Below, one piece after another: positions 13,916 to 27,509 of a DNA stretch of 64,000 bases (position 1 is the first letter of the stretch; every line of letters starts with the position of its first letter). The notes beneath the pieces are model-generated. The model did no database searches, was not told the origin of the DNA, and worked only from the letters and a program-made list of their open reading frames with translations. This stretch comes from Eledone cirrhosa (lineage: Eukaryota), in contig OZ024761.1 of assembly GCA_964016885.1 (NCBI GenBank), forward strand, positions 806,001 to 870,000, read 5' to 3'. The position numbers were made by a program, and so were the translations under genes.

Positions 13916-14530
13916 ATATATATAATATATATATATAATATATATATATAATATATATATATAATATATATATATAATATATATAAACATATATACATAT
14001 ATGAAAAAAAACAAAAAAATGAAAAAATACATATATACATATATAATATATATATATACATATATACATATACATACACATACATATATACATATATATA
14101 TACATGCACATACATACATATATACATATATATATACATGCACATACATACACATACATATATTTACATATACACACATACATATATATATACACATACA
14201 TATATATATACGTATACTCATACATATATATACATATACTCATACATATATATACATATACTCATACATATATATACATATACTCATACATATATATACA
14301 TATACTCATACATATATATACATATACTCATACATATATATACATATATTCATACATATATATACATATACACATACATATATATACATATATTCATACA
14401 TATATATACATATACACATACATATACATATACATATACATATATATATATTCAAATACATATATATATACTCACACATATATATACATATACTCATACA
14501 TATATTTACATATACATATATATATATATA

Positions 14531-14880
14531 GAGATTTTGAGTTTATGTTGGTTGTATACCAACACCTCAGTATGCAGGCTGGAGCACTCGACGAAGTGCG
14601 CAGGTTGGTTTGGTTACTCCGGAGTAGTGTAAAATAAAGTTAAATAAAAGTCAAATGATTAAAATTTAGCTTCGTTTATTACTGCTATATATATTTCAAA
14701 CAAGGAACTGGACATATCAGAGTATTGACAATATTATACACCTAAACAACGTATGTACTTGTCTATACCATACTAATTCAAACTGCCTGAAGAGGTCACA
14801 GCCAAAGATGGCTGTCACTGAAATATATATAGCAGTAATAAACGAAGCTAAATTTTAATCATTTGACTTTTATTTAACTT

Positions 14881-14887
<7 letters not shown>
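14531..14887. mobile_element. Fold-back PLE-type terminal-repeat insertion in (TA)n
   Basis: About 14630-14698 is the reverse complement of 14819-14887. The left arm has a roughly 100-nt extension; the element contains the hammerhead at 14782. Confidence 0.8.
14782..14836 (+). ncRNA. Type I hammerhead ribozyme
   Basis: ACUGC-CUGAAGA-GGUCACAGCCA(AAGA)UGGCUGUCACU-GAAA-UAUAUA-UA^GCAGU. Confidence 0.9.
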
Positions 14888-14945
<58 letters not shown>

Positions 14946-15098
14946 CATACATATATATACACCCACACATACACACACACACATATATATATATACACAG
15001 AGTTGAAAGCCCTTATCTTCTGCTTAGTAAATTTGTCTTTAACACAGAATTCTTGTTTCCACAAGTTTCAGTAAGTTTTAAAAGGAATCTGCCAATGT

Positions 15099-15172
<74 letters not shown>

Positions 15173-15176
15173 AGAA

Positions 15177-15400
15177 GAGGGTGAGCTGAAAAAAGTTTAT
15201 AGGCTGACTATAAAGAAATGACGGTAGAGCTGTGAAATCTTGCATGCATTAATTTCAACTCTTATTAATAACTTAACTGCATTCCAGGTAAACTAACATG
15301 TGACTGTTGAAGGACTTCAAATGTAACTAGTAGCTAGTGACTTCTCTTCAACATGGACAACATTTGACAGCGGGGTGTTATCAAATACCTGGGTGTGTAC
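15177..15400 (+). mobile_element. Mariner-like terminal fragment
   Basis: GAGGGTGAGCTGAAAAAAGTTTATAGG resembles the reverse complement of the mariner end at about 42150-42174. Confidence 0.5.
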
Positions 15401-15419
15401 ACGTGGGCTTTTTCTGTGA

Positions 15420-15882
15420 ATGTGTGTGTATTATCACAAGTGTGTGTGTGTATTATCACAAGTGTGTGTGTGTGTGTATTATCACATATGTGTGTGTATT
15501 ATCACAAGTGTGTGTGTGTATTATCACGTGTGTGTGTGTGTATTATCACATGTGTGTGTGTGTGTATTATCACATGTGTGTGTGTGTGTGTTATCACAAG
15601 TGTGTGTGTGTGTGTGTGTATTATCACAAGTGAGTGTGTATGTATGTATTATCACATGTGTGTGTGTATGTATGTATTATCACATGTGTGTGTGTGTATT
15701 TCACATGTGTGTGTATGTATTATCACAAGTGTGTGTGTGTATTATCACATGTGTGTGTGTATTATCACAAGTGTGTGTGTGTATTATCACAAGTGTGTGT
15801 GTGTATTATCACAAGTGTGTGTGTGTGTTATCACATGTGTGTGTGTATTATCACAAGTGTGTGTGTGTGTGTGTGTGTGTGT
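15420..15882. repeat. Compound minisatellite TATTATCACA+(TG)n
   Basis: About 20 units separated by variable TG runs. Confidence 0.9.
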
Positions 15883-15994
15883 ATACGATGGTGATACACA
15901 AAATATGCCCTCGATGTACAAGCAGAGTGTATACAATAAGGAAAAACGATAAAGTTTCGTTTACATGTAGTTAGTTGTTTTTTTTTGTGTATTG

Positions 15995-16086
15995 ACCCGT
16001 TACACACGTTTCACAGAGGATTGGCTCAAGGTGACCCATAGAAGTTATGGACCCGCCTCCATTATCAATCTGCTCTTCAGTCAGGT
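15995..16086 (-). ncRNA. Degenerate type I hammerhead with long stem II, inside a fold-back insertion (about 15885-16165)
   Basis: ACCUGA-CUGAAGA-GCAGA..(inner hairpin)..UCUGU-GAAA-CGUGUG-UA^ACGGGU; the first stem I pair is mismatched. Imperfect inverted arms at 15938-15990 and 16115-16163. Confidence 0.65.
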
Positions 16087-16194
16087 GCTTCAACAAAAAA
16101 TGCACTATGATACAGAATAAAAAAACTAACTACATATAAACGAAACTTAATTGTTTTCTTTTATATATATCATATCATCATCATTATCTATAAA

Positions 16195-16385
16195 GGGCGG
16201 TGAATTGGCAGTATCGGTAGAGGGTTGGACGCCATGCTTTCTAACATAGTTACATCTCTTTACAGTCTGAGTTCAAATCCCGCCGAGGTTAACTTTGCCT
16301 TTCATCCTTACGGGGTCGATAAAATAAAGTACCAGTAATGTACTGGGTAAATTGCTGGCCTTGTGCCTAAAGTAGAAACAATTAT
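16195..16385 (+). mobile_element. tRNA-derived Nin/Deu-like SINE
   Basis: Same box A/B and central domain as 12984. Confidence 0.8.
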
Positions 16386-16787
16386 CTATAAAAGGCAGAT
16401 TGTTGTTGTTGTGTGTGTGTGTGTGCACATGTTCCATGTTTATACATTTGCACAATTTCAAACAGATTCGACTCAAAGTCTGTGAGAATGTTGTAAATGG
16501 TCTAACTTAGGTCAACGATTATTTATTCCATTCAAACTCACCCATAATTATGGAAATAATCGATAAAAGTAAATACATAACGCTTTACCCCCTCTAATAG
16601 AATCTGCTTACCTCTCTCTACTCCTCTTCAAATTCGATAAAACTACATACATGCTTACAAACTTCCTTTAGGAACGCCGAAGAGAGAGAGAGAGAGAGAA
16701 GAGAGTGAGAGGGAGAGAGAGAGAGAACGTTTGTTTTTGAGTGTGGAACGGTCAAACATTTATTTACTTCAATGACAAAGAGAACTT

Positions 16788-17215
16788 AACTCTCCCCCAT
16801 ATCACACCCCTCCCTACTGTCTTAAATTTAGAAAACATATCCTCTATGAGGTCACTAAACCTGCTAGAAACAGCAGCTAACTCTCCCCCATAACACACTA
16901 CTCCCTACTGTCTTAAATTTAGAAAACATATCCTCTATGAGGTCACTAAACCTGCTAGAAACAGCAGCTAACTCTCCCCCATAACACTACTCCCTACTGT
17001 CTTAAATTTAGAAAACATATCCTCTATGAGGTCACTAAACTTGCTAGAAACAGCAGCTAACTCTCCCCCATATCACACCACTCCCTACTGTCTTAAATTT
17101 AGAAAACACATATCCTCTATGAGGTCACTAAACCTGCTAGAAACAACAGCTAACTCTCCCCCATATCACACCCCTCCCTACTGTCTTAAATTTAGAAAAC
17201 ACACATTAGACAACC
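16788..17215. repeat. About 91-bp tandem repeat, about 4.6 copies
   Basis: CTCTCCCCCA at 16790, 16881, 16972, 17061 and 17154. Confidence 0.9.
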
Positions 17216-17498
17216 ATGCAGAACAACTCCATCGCAGCTCTGTTGTTCGGCTGGCATCGTCTACGCGTGTGTTGCGCAAGTACTGTGAAACAATAAATTT
17301 CAACACTTCTTTGCACAGAGATAATATCCATAGGCGAAACTACAATTGTCACTGCTGGCGCAGCTCCTGCTTCGGCAGTCCAGGTCTGCAATTCATTCAC
17401 CCAGTGCCTGGCAGACAAAAATGTGCTGCCATAAAATGGGTGGTGCAACCTAACTTTGGTAACTTACTGACCCCGAGCAATGCCGGGCTTTAATGCTA

Positions 17499-17499
<1 letters not shown>
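17216..17499 (+). mobile_element. Helitron 3'-end remnant
   Basis: Hairpin CCCGAGCAATGCCGGG then CTAG|T, like the Helitron end at 24973-25000; left boundary uncertain. Confidence 0.6.
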
Positions 17500-17560
<61 letters not shown>

Positions 17561-17594
17561 ACGAAAGATATGCACTTTATATCATCTCTATTTA

Positions 17595-17668
17595 TTTCAT
17601 TATATATATTTCGAAGATGCAAAGTTTTATATATGACATACAGCAAAACATGTTCTCCTCAGACAAAA
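17595..17668 (-). ncRNA. Type I hammerhead ribozyme with long stem II
   Basis: UUUUGU-CUGAGGA-GAACAUGU..GCAUCUUC-GAAA-UAUAUA-UA^AUGAAA; stem I has two G-U pairs. Confidence 0.78.
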
Positions 17669-17881
17669 GATATACTGGTAGACAAACGAACTGGACAGAT
17701 CGATGACTACCAGGCATATGACTAGAAAAACCTCAGTATGTAAGGTTACGTTATATATATATATATTTATTTATTTATTAATATATATATATATTTATTT
17801 GCTCTACGGTTCTTATATATTTGATATATATTTATCCTTATCGAGCCCTCTTTGGATTTTAGTCTTCAAATTTATTATTAT

Positions 17882-17885
<4 letters not shown>

Positions 17886-17921
<36 letters not shown>

Positions 17922-18408
17922 TAAATAAATATATATATAATATATATAATATATATATAATATATATAATATATATATAATATATATATAATATATATAT
18001 AATATATATATAATATATATATATATAATATATATATATAATATATATATATTATATATATATATATAATATATATATATAATATATATATATTATATAT
18101 ATATATATATAATATATATATAATATATATATAATATATATATATAATATATATATATATAATATATATATAATATATATATATAATATATATATATAAT
18201 ATATATATTATATATATATATATAATATATATATTATATATATATATATAATATATATATAATATATATATATAATATATATATATATAATATATATATA
18301 ATATATATATATAATATATATATAATATATATATATAATATATATATATAATATATATATAATATATATATATAATATATATATAATATATATATATAAT
18401 ATATATAT

Positions 18409-18456
<48 letters not shown>

Positions 18457-18590
18457 TATATAATATATATATATAATATATATATATAATATATATATAT
18501 AATATATATATTATATATATATATAATATATATTATATATATAATATATATATAATATATATATATAATATATATATATATAATATATAT

Positions 18591-18622
<32 letters not shown>

Positions 18623-18636
18623 ATATATATATATAT
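17886..18636. repeat. Pure A/T microsatellite (TA)n/(TATAA)
   Basis: Direct reading of the sequence. Confidence 0.95.
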
Positions 18637-18920
18637 GTGTCACGACAAAAAAACACACAGTCCACGCTGTAATGTGGCCGTGTAGGCAACACGGTAAAAA
18701 CCTCCCAGACCCACACTGTAAATGTGGTTGGTGTTAGGAAGGGCATCCAACTGTAGAAAACCTGCCAGACAGTCCTATGCGAGCAAGACAATCACTCTTG
18801 CCTCAAGTGGGACTACCCCCGTCCAAACCCATGCAAGCGTGGAACACGGACGTTAAACGTTGATGATGATGATATATAATGCAAGCGTGGAACACGGACG
18901 TTAAACGTTGATGATGATAT
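18637..18920 (+). mobile_element. RTE subfamily B 3' UTR (very short copy) with duplicated terminus
   Basis: GGTGTTAGGAAGGGCATCC motif; terminus ATGCAAGCGTGGAACACGGACGTTAAACGTTGATGATG is present twice. Confidence 0.75.
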
Positions 18921-19929
18921 ATATATATATATATATATGTTATATATATACATATATATATATAACTATATATATATATATATATATATATAATTCAAGG
19001 AAATGACAAACAGAGGTATAAAAAGTCTTATTAGTTTCACACTTTATATGGAAAGGGGAAAGAAAGTTTGACGTGTCGGACTTTAGCCCTTCTTCGGGAG
19101 TACAAAAATAGAGACAGGATCACAAAGGGTAGATAAGGAAAATAAAAGGTAGTCCAAGTAAAAAATAACGAAAATAAAGAGAGTTAAGAGGAATAAGTAG
19201 ATAGATGTGTATATGTTTGTGAGTGTGTGTGTGTGTTTGTGAGTGTGAAAGTGTGTTGTGTGTTTGTGTGTGTATTGCAGACTCTTTGTGGAGCAAGTAG
19301 TTGAGGTGTTCCTCTTCACAGGTCTCTCTCTCTCCCTCTCCTGTCCAGCAACCACCAATTCCATCTACAACTACTGCTGCAACAGTCACTATCGCTGCAG
19401 CTACTTATTATTATTACTACTATTACTACTACTACAGTAGTAGTTCTCCATTGTGACTATGATGTAGAGATATATTTACACACACACACGCACACACAGC
19501 TCAATGTGTCTGGATTCAGTCCATAAATCTAGTTGGAATCAGCAGAGGAATTTTAACAGCACCCACACATATATAAATCACCATCACCATCATCATCATC
19601 ATCATCATCATCATCACTACCACCATTATCATCGTTGCTTAACGTCCATTCTCGACGCTATCATGGGTTAGGCAAGTTGCTCTGTTGTGAGACAAGCCAG
19701 GTCATGTGGCAGTGTCTTGTTCATACAGAACTGATTTTGGCTTGGTTTCTATAACTGTATGCCCTTTCTAACACCGACTGCATTTACAGTGTGGACTGGG
19801 TGCTTTTTATTGAGACACCTACACAACTTTACAGTGTTATCTGGGCACTTTTTATTGTGACACCTACATGACCACTTTGCAGTATGGACTGGGTGCTTTT
19901 AGTTGTGACACCTACACGATTACTTTGCA

Positions 19930-20869
19930 CATTTCATAGGCTCATGAAATGTGACAAATAATCCCCCTTGCAGTCTACACCCTTCTTCCATCGATGTTGC
20001 AGTGCTTGGATCTCATTAGTGAAGAAGCTATCATTCTGTTGGGAAAAAAAAGACATCAACAGTAGGTATAACATCATCATCACTGAGATACTGGTTCCCA
20101 GCCAAGTGGGGCCAAATCAGGAGAATAGGGACGGTGATCAACCAGTTTAAAGCAACAGTCATGCACAGCAGCCATTGAAGCAAGACCCCTTTCATCAGTT
20201 TTCCTGGTTGTTTGGTCTTGATGGACTTTTGTAACTACCTCAACAAGTTGTCATAGTACTCACCATTGTTGGTATGGTCCTTTTGAAGATAGTCAATAAA
20301 CACAATGCCTTTTGCGTCCAAAGAAGCTGAGGCCATCACCTTCCCTGCAGATGAAATGACTTTGGCCTTCTTTGAAGCAGTTGAGGAAGAGGGTGTTTCC
20401 ACTTCATGGATTGTCTCTTTGTCTCTGGCTCAAAGTGATGAACCCAACACTCATCCTGGGTTAGGAAACGTTCAAGGTAACCAGCTGGATCTGCCCCAAA
20501 CAAAGGCAAATTTTCCTGTGATGTGATCAGCCTGGTGCGCTTTTGATCTGATGTCAGAACAAAAGGCGTGGCACCCACCATACAGAAACCATCATCATGC
20601 CAAGACCCTTGAGCAGAATGTTCTCAACTCACTCACAGGATATGTTACTAACACTGGCTATTTGATTTATAGTCAATCACCCGTCATTCCTCACCATGTG
20701 GTGAACATGATAAATGTTTTCTTTGGTGGTGGCTATTGTAGGACGTCTAGACCTTAGGTCATCTTCAAGACTCTCATTGTCCCTTCTAAATTTCAGCTGC
20801 CCACTTTTGCACTGTTAATAAAGCTAGAGCATTATCCCCTAATGTAGCAGCTAAGTCAGCATGAATGTC

Positions 20870-20870
<1 letters not shown>
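19930..20870 (-). pseudogene. Mariner (DD34D-type) transposase relic
   Basis: FLTQDECWVHHFEPETKRQSMKWKHP motif; multiple frameshifts. Confidence 0.8.
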
Positions 20871-20904
<34 letters not shown>

Positions 20905-21050
20905 ACTGTAAATGAGGTTGGTATTAGGAAGGGCATCCAGCTGTAGAAATCAAGCCAGAATCAGTTCCCGTCCCACCCTTGCAAGCAGGGAAAAAGCGGA
21001 CGTAAAATGAAATGATGATGATATATATATATGTACAGAGAGAGAGAGAA

Positions 21051-21105
<55 letters not shown>

Positions 21106-21887
21106 TGTATATAGTCTTTGTGGGTGTAAAATTTAAATACGGCTCTTGTTTCTATTTCAGTTAATTAAATATAATTTAAAAAAAAAAGAATCTTAGCTCG
21201 TTAGCAGTTAAATTAATTAGTATTAATGATTTCTACAGAGTTAAACGAAGGTTTTGGTGATAATTAATGATGCTGCTACCACATATATAACACAAGCTAA
21301 CAAATATGCTAACAATAATTGTTTCTACTTTAGGCACAAGGCCAGCAATTTGAAGCGGAGGGAAAGTCGATTTAATCGACCCCACTGCAATTACTGGTGC
21401 TTTATTTTATCAACCCCTTTATGTAATGTGTGGTGTGCATATGTGGTGTCTGTAACGTATTGTGTATGTTGTGTGTGTGTGGTGAGTGTTGTGTGTGTAA
21501 TGTATTGTGTGTGTTTCTGTGTGTAATGTATTGTGTGTGTTTCTGTGTGTAATGTATTGTGTGTGTTTGTGTTCACTCAGCTCTATCACCTTTTTCTAGA
21601 AGCTATATTCACAACCTAACAAAATACACCTGCATTGTTTTGTCAGGTCCAAAATATAAACGCCATAGCCACACCTTGTCCTTGATCGGTATTACACTAG
21701 AAAAACACCGATATACCAGCCATCCCCTCCCCACCACCACCACTACCACCCTCCCATAACCTCTCAACACACCCACACATATCAAAACTTAGTCTCTAGC
21801 TCAGAAGTTCTCAAACTTTTGGGGTCACCGCCCCACCCCCTCACAGTCATTTCCAGAGAGACCTACCAACCCGCAAATTGTAAATAA

Positions 21888-24800
21888 TCTATATATATGA
21901 ATCTGAGGATGTGTGTGTTAAGGTTTGTAATGTATGCACGTCCACAATTTCCAACGGATTCTATTCAAAGTCGAGACAACTATTGCTTTTGGTCAGGAAA
22001 AGGTCATGAGGCAAAACAATTTTAAATCTATCAACAATAAGGGCAAAAATCGATCATGATCATTCCCCCTCTCTATAATTTAACTGCCTTGCTCTCTCTG
22101 TCGCTCTTCACTCCCTATATGACAACACTGTAGAGAGAGAAACAGTGTGTATGATCAAATGGAGCGTTCCGTATATTCACTCTCTCTATAATTTAACTGC
22201 TTTACTCTCTCTGTCGCTCTTCACTCCCTATATGACAACACTGCAGTGGAGCGTTCCGTATTGATATACGGCTTATCTGGGGCATTTTCAATCAGCTTAT
22301 TGCAAATAACAACCCACAAAATAACACTTCATATAACAGATTAATGCTATAGACATATGAATCGGAATGTAACCCGTGAACTTTTTCCTGGGCAAATTAT
22401 TCGAACAGACATGACCTCATTGCCAGAGTGTTCAGACTGAAACTGGCTAAACTCATGGTTTTAATCAAAAAGAGTCAGGTATTTGGGGCTGTAAAATGTG
22501 ACATGTTCACCGTCGAATGGCAAAAACGAGGGCTGCCACATGCTCACATTTTCATTTGGTTAGCTGATAAAATCAATTCAAATGCCATAGACAGCTTCAT
22601 TTCGGCTGAAATCCCTAACCCAGCAACTGACAAGGAATTACATGACATCGTCAAAGCTAACATGGTCCGTGTGCGTTGGGTCCTAATGAGCATCACACGT
22701 GTCTGAAAGGGGGGGTCGTGCAGTAAGGGATTCCCAAAAAAATTTGTTGACCAGACTCAGACTGGTGGCGACGGGTACCCCCTGTACAGGCGGAGACGGC
22801 CCGAGAACAGTGACTTCACCACAACAGTAAAGGGAGGTCAAGTCGACAATAGATGGGTGGTCTCTTACTGCCCGCTTCTCTTGAAGATGTTCAACGCCCA
22901 CATCAACTTTGAGTTTTGCATCTCCGTCAAGTCGATAAAATACATATGTAAATAAGGTTCGCATTTCAAGCTGAAAATAGCAGGGACGAGGTCACAGAAT
23001 ACCTGACGGGGCGGTACATCAGTAGCAATGAAGCTTTTTTGCGCCTATTTGGTTTACCCCTATACCAACGTCACCCCGCCATTGTACAGCTTGCGGTACA
23101 TTTGGAAAATGGGCAAAGGGTTTACTTTACGGACCAAACCGCCACCAAGTTGGCCGCCGATCCGAAAGAGACCACTCTGACGGGTTTCTTCAAACTTTAC
23201 CAGTTCAATACATTTGCGCAAACAATTGTGTACCCCCAGGTTCCATCCTACTTTATATGGTCGAAAAACACTTGGGTGCGAAGAAGTCAGGTCAGGCTGT
23301 TGAAAGACATCCTGGTGTAAAATTTGACAGCTGTCTTGGAAGGGTTTACACTGTGCCCCCAAGTCAGCATGAGTGCTTTCATCTCTCCCTTCTTCTGCAT
23401 GAAGTTGTAGGCCCACAAAGTTTTCAGGACCTCAAAACTGTTGATGGAAAAATATGTGATACGTACCGGGAAGCCTGCTTTAAGCGAGGTCTTTTGGAAG
23501 ATGATTCGCAATGGGATTCCACTTTAGCAGAGGGTGCTTTATTGAAATCACCTAAAGGTCTACGGGAACTCTTTGCCATTTTGCTTCCCCTTGGATTTAG
23601 TAAAAACTGACACACCAACATGCAATATCAGCAAGAGTTCACACAAAGCTCTGGTTCTCAAAAGATGTTGCCTCATTGTTTGGGATGAGTGCACAATGGC
23701 ACACAAGGGTGCCCTTGAGGCATTGGACGGGACCCTGAAAGACATTAGGGATTCTACAGCACCTATGGGTGGCATAACCCTTCTGCTATCAGGGGATTTT
23801 CGGTAAACGCTGCCTGTTATCCCCAAAGGGACAAGAGCTAATGAAGTGCGTGCCTGCCTTAAGTCGTCCATGTTGTGGCTCCAGGTGAAGAGTTTGTACC
23901 TAAGCACAAATATGCATGCTCATTTACATGATGACATGTCTGCAGCATTTGCTCAGAACATTTTAACACTTGGTGAGGGCAAGGTCCCTGCGGATGACAA
24001 GGGCGGCATAGCAATCGACTCCCTGTGCAACATTGTGAGCAGCCCTTCTGATCTTTGGGAAGCAGTTTTTCCTGATGTCTCATCTAACTTTAAAAACCTT
24101 GATTGGCTCAGCGAAAGAGCCATCCTTGCTCTGAAAAATACCATGGTTAATTTTATTAACGAGCAGCTGATTGAGAAGATTCCCGGTAAAGAGCACATCT
24201 TCAAATCTATCGACCGGACGTCAGACCCCGACGATATCGTTAATTATCCGGTTGAGTTATTAAATACCCTTTGAGCCCCCAGGGCTCCCACCTCACATTA
24301 TTAAGCTTAGGATTGGCTGTCCCATTATGCTAATAAGGAACTTACGTCCACCAAAGCAGTGCAACGGTACTCGCATGGTCGTCAAGTCACTGACACCCCA
24401 CTTGATTGAGGCCACCATTGTAACGGGGGTGCGGAAGAGGAGAGACTGTTTTCATTCCAAGGATGAACCTTTTCCCCTTGGCGTCAGATATCCCGTTCGA
24501 TTTCCGGCGATCCCAATTCCCGGTGAGACTATGTTTTGCCATGTCCATTAACAAGTCACAAGGGCAAACATTGTCGGTGGCAGGCATTCATTTGGGGGAG
24601 CCATGCTTCTCCCATGGCCAACTTTATGTTGCCTGTTCCCACGTAGGGAGCAGGAATGGACTTTTTGCTTACACTCCTCAAGGGATGACACGCAATATCG
24701 TCTACAAAGGTGCTATAGGTGTTGGAGCTATGCCGCCTGGAACACTATTTCCTGGTAGGGTATCCCATGGCGGACAGATCTGACACCCAGCGGCATCAGG

Positions 24801-25000
24801 ACCACCATCTTGCAACTTTAGTCTACTAAATTCGCTATTGGAAGATTATTAACCCATCATTGGTTCGTAACTTTTAATAACTGGTTCAACTGCTTTATGC
24901 ACTTAATTGATAAGCTTATTCGCTTTCAAACCACGTTTACCTGTATGTAACTTTTCATAGCAAATGAACAAACCCAAGCAATGCTGGGCTAAACTGCTAG
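21888..25000 (+). mobile_element. Helitron, internally deleted, with both termini
   Basis: 5' A|TCTATATATAT; 3' hairpin CCCAAGCAATGCTGGG followed by CTAG|T. Rep motifs VEWQKRGLPHAHI and KSIKYICK. Pif1 helicase motifs IVWDECTMAHK, LLSGDFR, QFPVRLCFAMSINKSQGQT and HGQLYVACS. Confidence 0.92.
22428..24783 (+). pseudogene. Helitron RepHel (HUH Rep plus Pif1-like helicase), disrupted
   Basis: Series of frameshifted ORF pieces with stops and a large deletion near 23590. Confidence 0.9.
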
Positions 25001-25684
25001 TATATAATAAAATCGTTAATTTATATACAATAAATAATATAATATATACCATGTAAAAATAAATATCATATATTTTTTCATTTTACTATATTAATATATA
25101 TAATATATATCATTTGATATTTGATATACTATTATATCTTCTCTATTGCCCCCTGACTGCGCACAGTAGACTTATAAATCCAGGTATTTCAAAATGTTAA
25201 GGACAGTGCAGTAACTCTTAACAAGAAGACTGACCAATTAATCCCAGGTATTTCATTTATATTAAGGACAGCACAGTGCCTCTTTAACGAGATGCCAACA
25301 CATCAAAGTATTTTGTATATATTAAGGACAGGGACACAACTTAAGGATTTTTCTTTTACAAAATAAATTATGATGAAAAGAGCTATAGATGAATATAAAT
25401 ACTTTAAAAGTATTTGTAGCAGTTTCATGCGGATTAGCACCAAAAGAGTTAATGAGATGACAACACATTCAGATGTTTAACGTATATTAAACCTTTTGAT
25501 ACCATTCAGCCCCAAAACCCATATCTGGTTCTATGAAACAAAAACCTACCCATTTTAACAGGTTCTTATTTCAAATAACATCTTCAAAAATAATTATATA
25601 TAAGAACCTTGATACCAACCCAACCAAAATTGGCTCTGGTTCTATGAATCCCCACCAAAATTTACCCATTTTAGTGACAGCACT

Positions 25685-26370
25685 GGTCTACTAGTATATT
25701 TATATTAAAGGCGTGACTGACCAGGTCCACTAGTACATTTATAATAAAGGTGTGACTAACCAGGCCTACTAGTATATTTATATTAAAGGTGTGACTAACC
25801 AGGCCTACTAGTATATGTATATTAAAGGTGTGACTAAGCAGGCCTACTAGTATATGTATATTAAAGGTGTGACTAACCAGGTATACTAGTATATTGATAT
25901 TAAAGGTGTGACTGACCAGGTCCACTAGTACATTTATAATAAAGGTGTGACTAACTAAGCCTACTAGTATATTTATAATAAATGTGTGACTAACCAGGTA
26001 CACTAGTATATTTATATTAAAGGTGACTAACCAGGCCTACTAGTATATTTATATTAAAGGTGTGACTAACCAGGCCTACTAGTATATTTATATTAAAGGT
26101 GTGACTAACCAGGCCTACTAGTATATCTATATTAAAGGTGTGACTGACCAGGTCCACTAGTACATTTATAATAAAGGTGTGACTAACTAAGCCTACTAGT
26201 ATATTTATAATAAATGTGTGACTAACCAGGTACACTAGTATATTTATATTAACAGTGTAACTAACCAGGCCTACTAGTATATTTATATTAAAGGTGTGAC
26301 TGACCAGGTACACTAGTATATTTATATTAACAGTGTAACTGACCAGGTCTACTGGTATATAGATATTAAA
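25685..26370. repeat. 39-bp minisatellite, about 17 copies
   Basis: Unit CTACTAGTATATTTATATTAAAGGTGTGACTAACCAGGC. Confidence 0.93.
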
Positions 26371-26371
26371 A

Positions 26372-26590
26372 GTCTGTCTGGAGCCCACAGGTTCATCAGG
26401 CTGATCTTGGTTTCCGTGGCATAAAGCGACAGAGAGTATATAACTTCCTCTGGACAAGACACCAGTCCATTGCAGGGCACTGGAGCAACATGAGATGAAG
26501 TGTTTTGCTCAATAACACAATTCAGCTCAAGAATCGAACCCACAACATTATGATCATAAGTCCAACACACTGACCACTGGGCCACATGCC
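26372..26590 (-). mobile_element. tRNA-derived SINE, decayed
   Basis: Minus strand TGGCCCAGTGG (box A) and GGTTCGATTCT (box B), then TGAGCAAAACACTT. Confidence 0.6.
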
Positions 26591-26769
26591 AGTTATATAG
26601 ATATTAAAGGTGGGACCTAAACGCCCAGCAACACAAAACAGAAAACCACACACATAAATAAATAATGAAATACTTTACATGTGGGATTTTTATTTTTCCT
26701 GCTATTAACTCACTATTTACCATATATGTTCATTATATATTTATCTTATTCTGCAAAACTATTATTAAA

Positions 26770-27400
26770 AGTGTTCCAACTATGACCATCTCTTTTATTC
26801 AGACAAAGTGTATCTAAGACTACATTATTGTGATGTAACAATGTAGATTATAGTCCGACGTAAGCCCTGATCCTGGAGTCTTATAAACAAAGTTATTCCA
26901 ACTATGACCATCTCTTTTATTCAGACAAAGTGTATCTAAGACTACATTATTGTGATGTAACAATGTAGATTATAGTCCGACGTAAGCCCTGATCCTGCAG
27001 ACTTATGAACAAAGGTGACCATCTTGTCTTTTTTTCAAACAAAGTGTATCTAGGAATACATTATCTGGTTAGGGTTAGTGTTGCTAATGTTACTTAGCTA
27101 CTATCTAAGCCCCTCCTAATACTGCAGAACTATGATCAAAGGTGTTCCAACTGCAACCATTGTTTTTTATTCAAACAGTATATCTAGGTCTATATTATCT
27201 AATGTCCTATTTTGTTGCTGTTATTGCTTAGCTACCAGTTAAGTCCTTCCTAATCTTGTAGACCTATGTTCAAAGGCGTTCCAGTTGTGACCCTCCTGTC
27301 TTGTATTCAGGCACAGTGAATCTAGGAGTCTATTACTGTAGTGTAGTGCAGTTTAGACCCAAAGTAGCTAACTCATGACCAAAGGTATTCCAGCTCTGGC
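26770..27400. repeat. About 122-bp diverging tandem repeat
   Basis: TTCCAACTATGACCATC at 26774 and 26896, with decayed copies after. Confidence 0.75.
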
Positions 27401-27458
27401 TGAACCTTCTTTGTTTGCAGTGTATTGAGAAGTCCAACCAGTTTTTAAGCTGGTTGTG

Positions 27459-27504
<46 letters not shown>

Positions 27505-27509
<5 letters not shown>

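Noticed and set aside
19066-19100. Hammerhead-like CCGAAGA-AGGGC(UAAA)GUCC-GACA-CGUC on the minus strand
   Set aside because: Two core substitutions and no stem I; at best a dead relic, so not counted.
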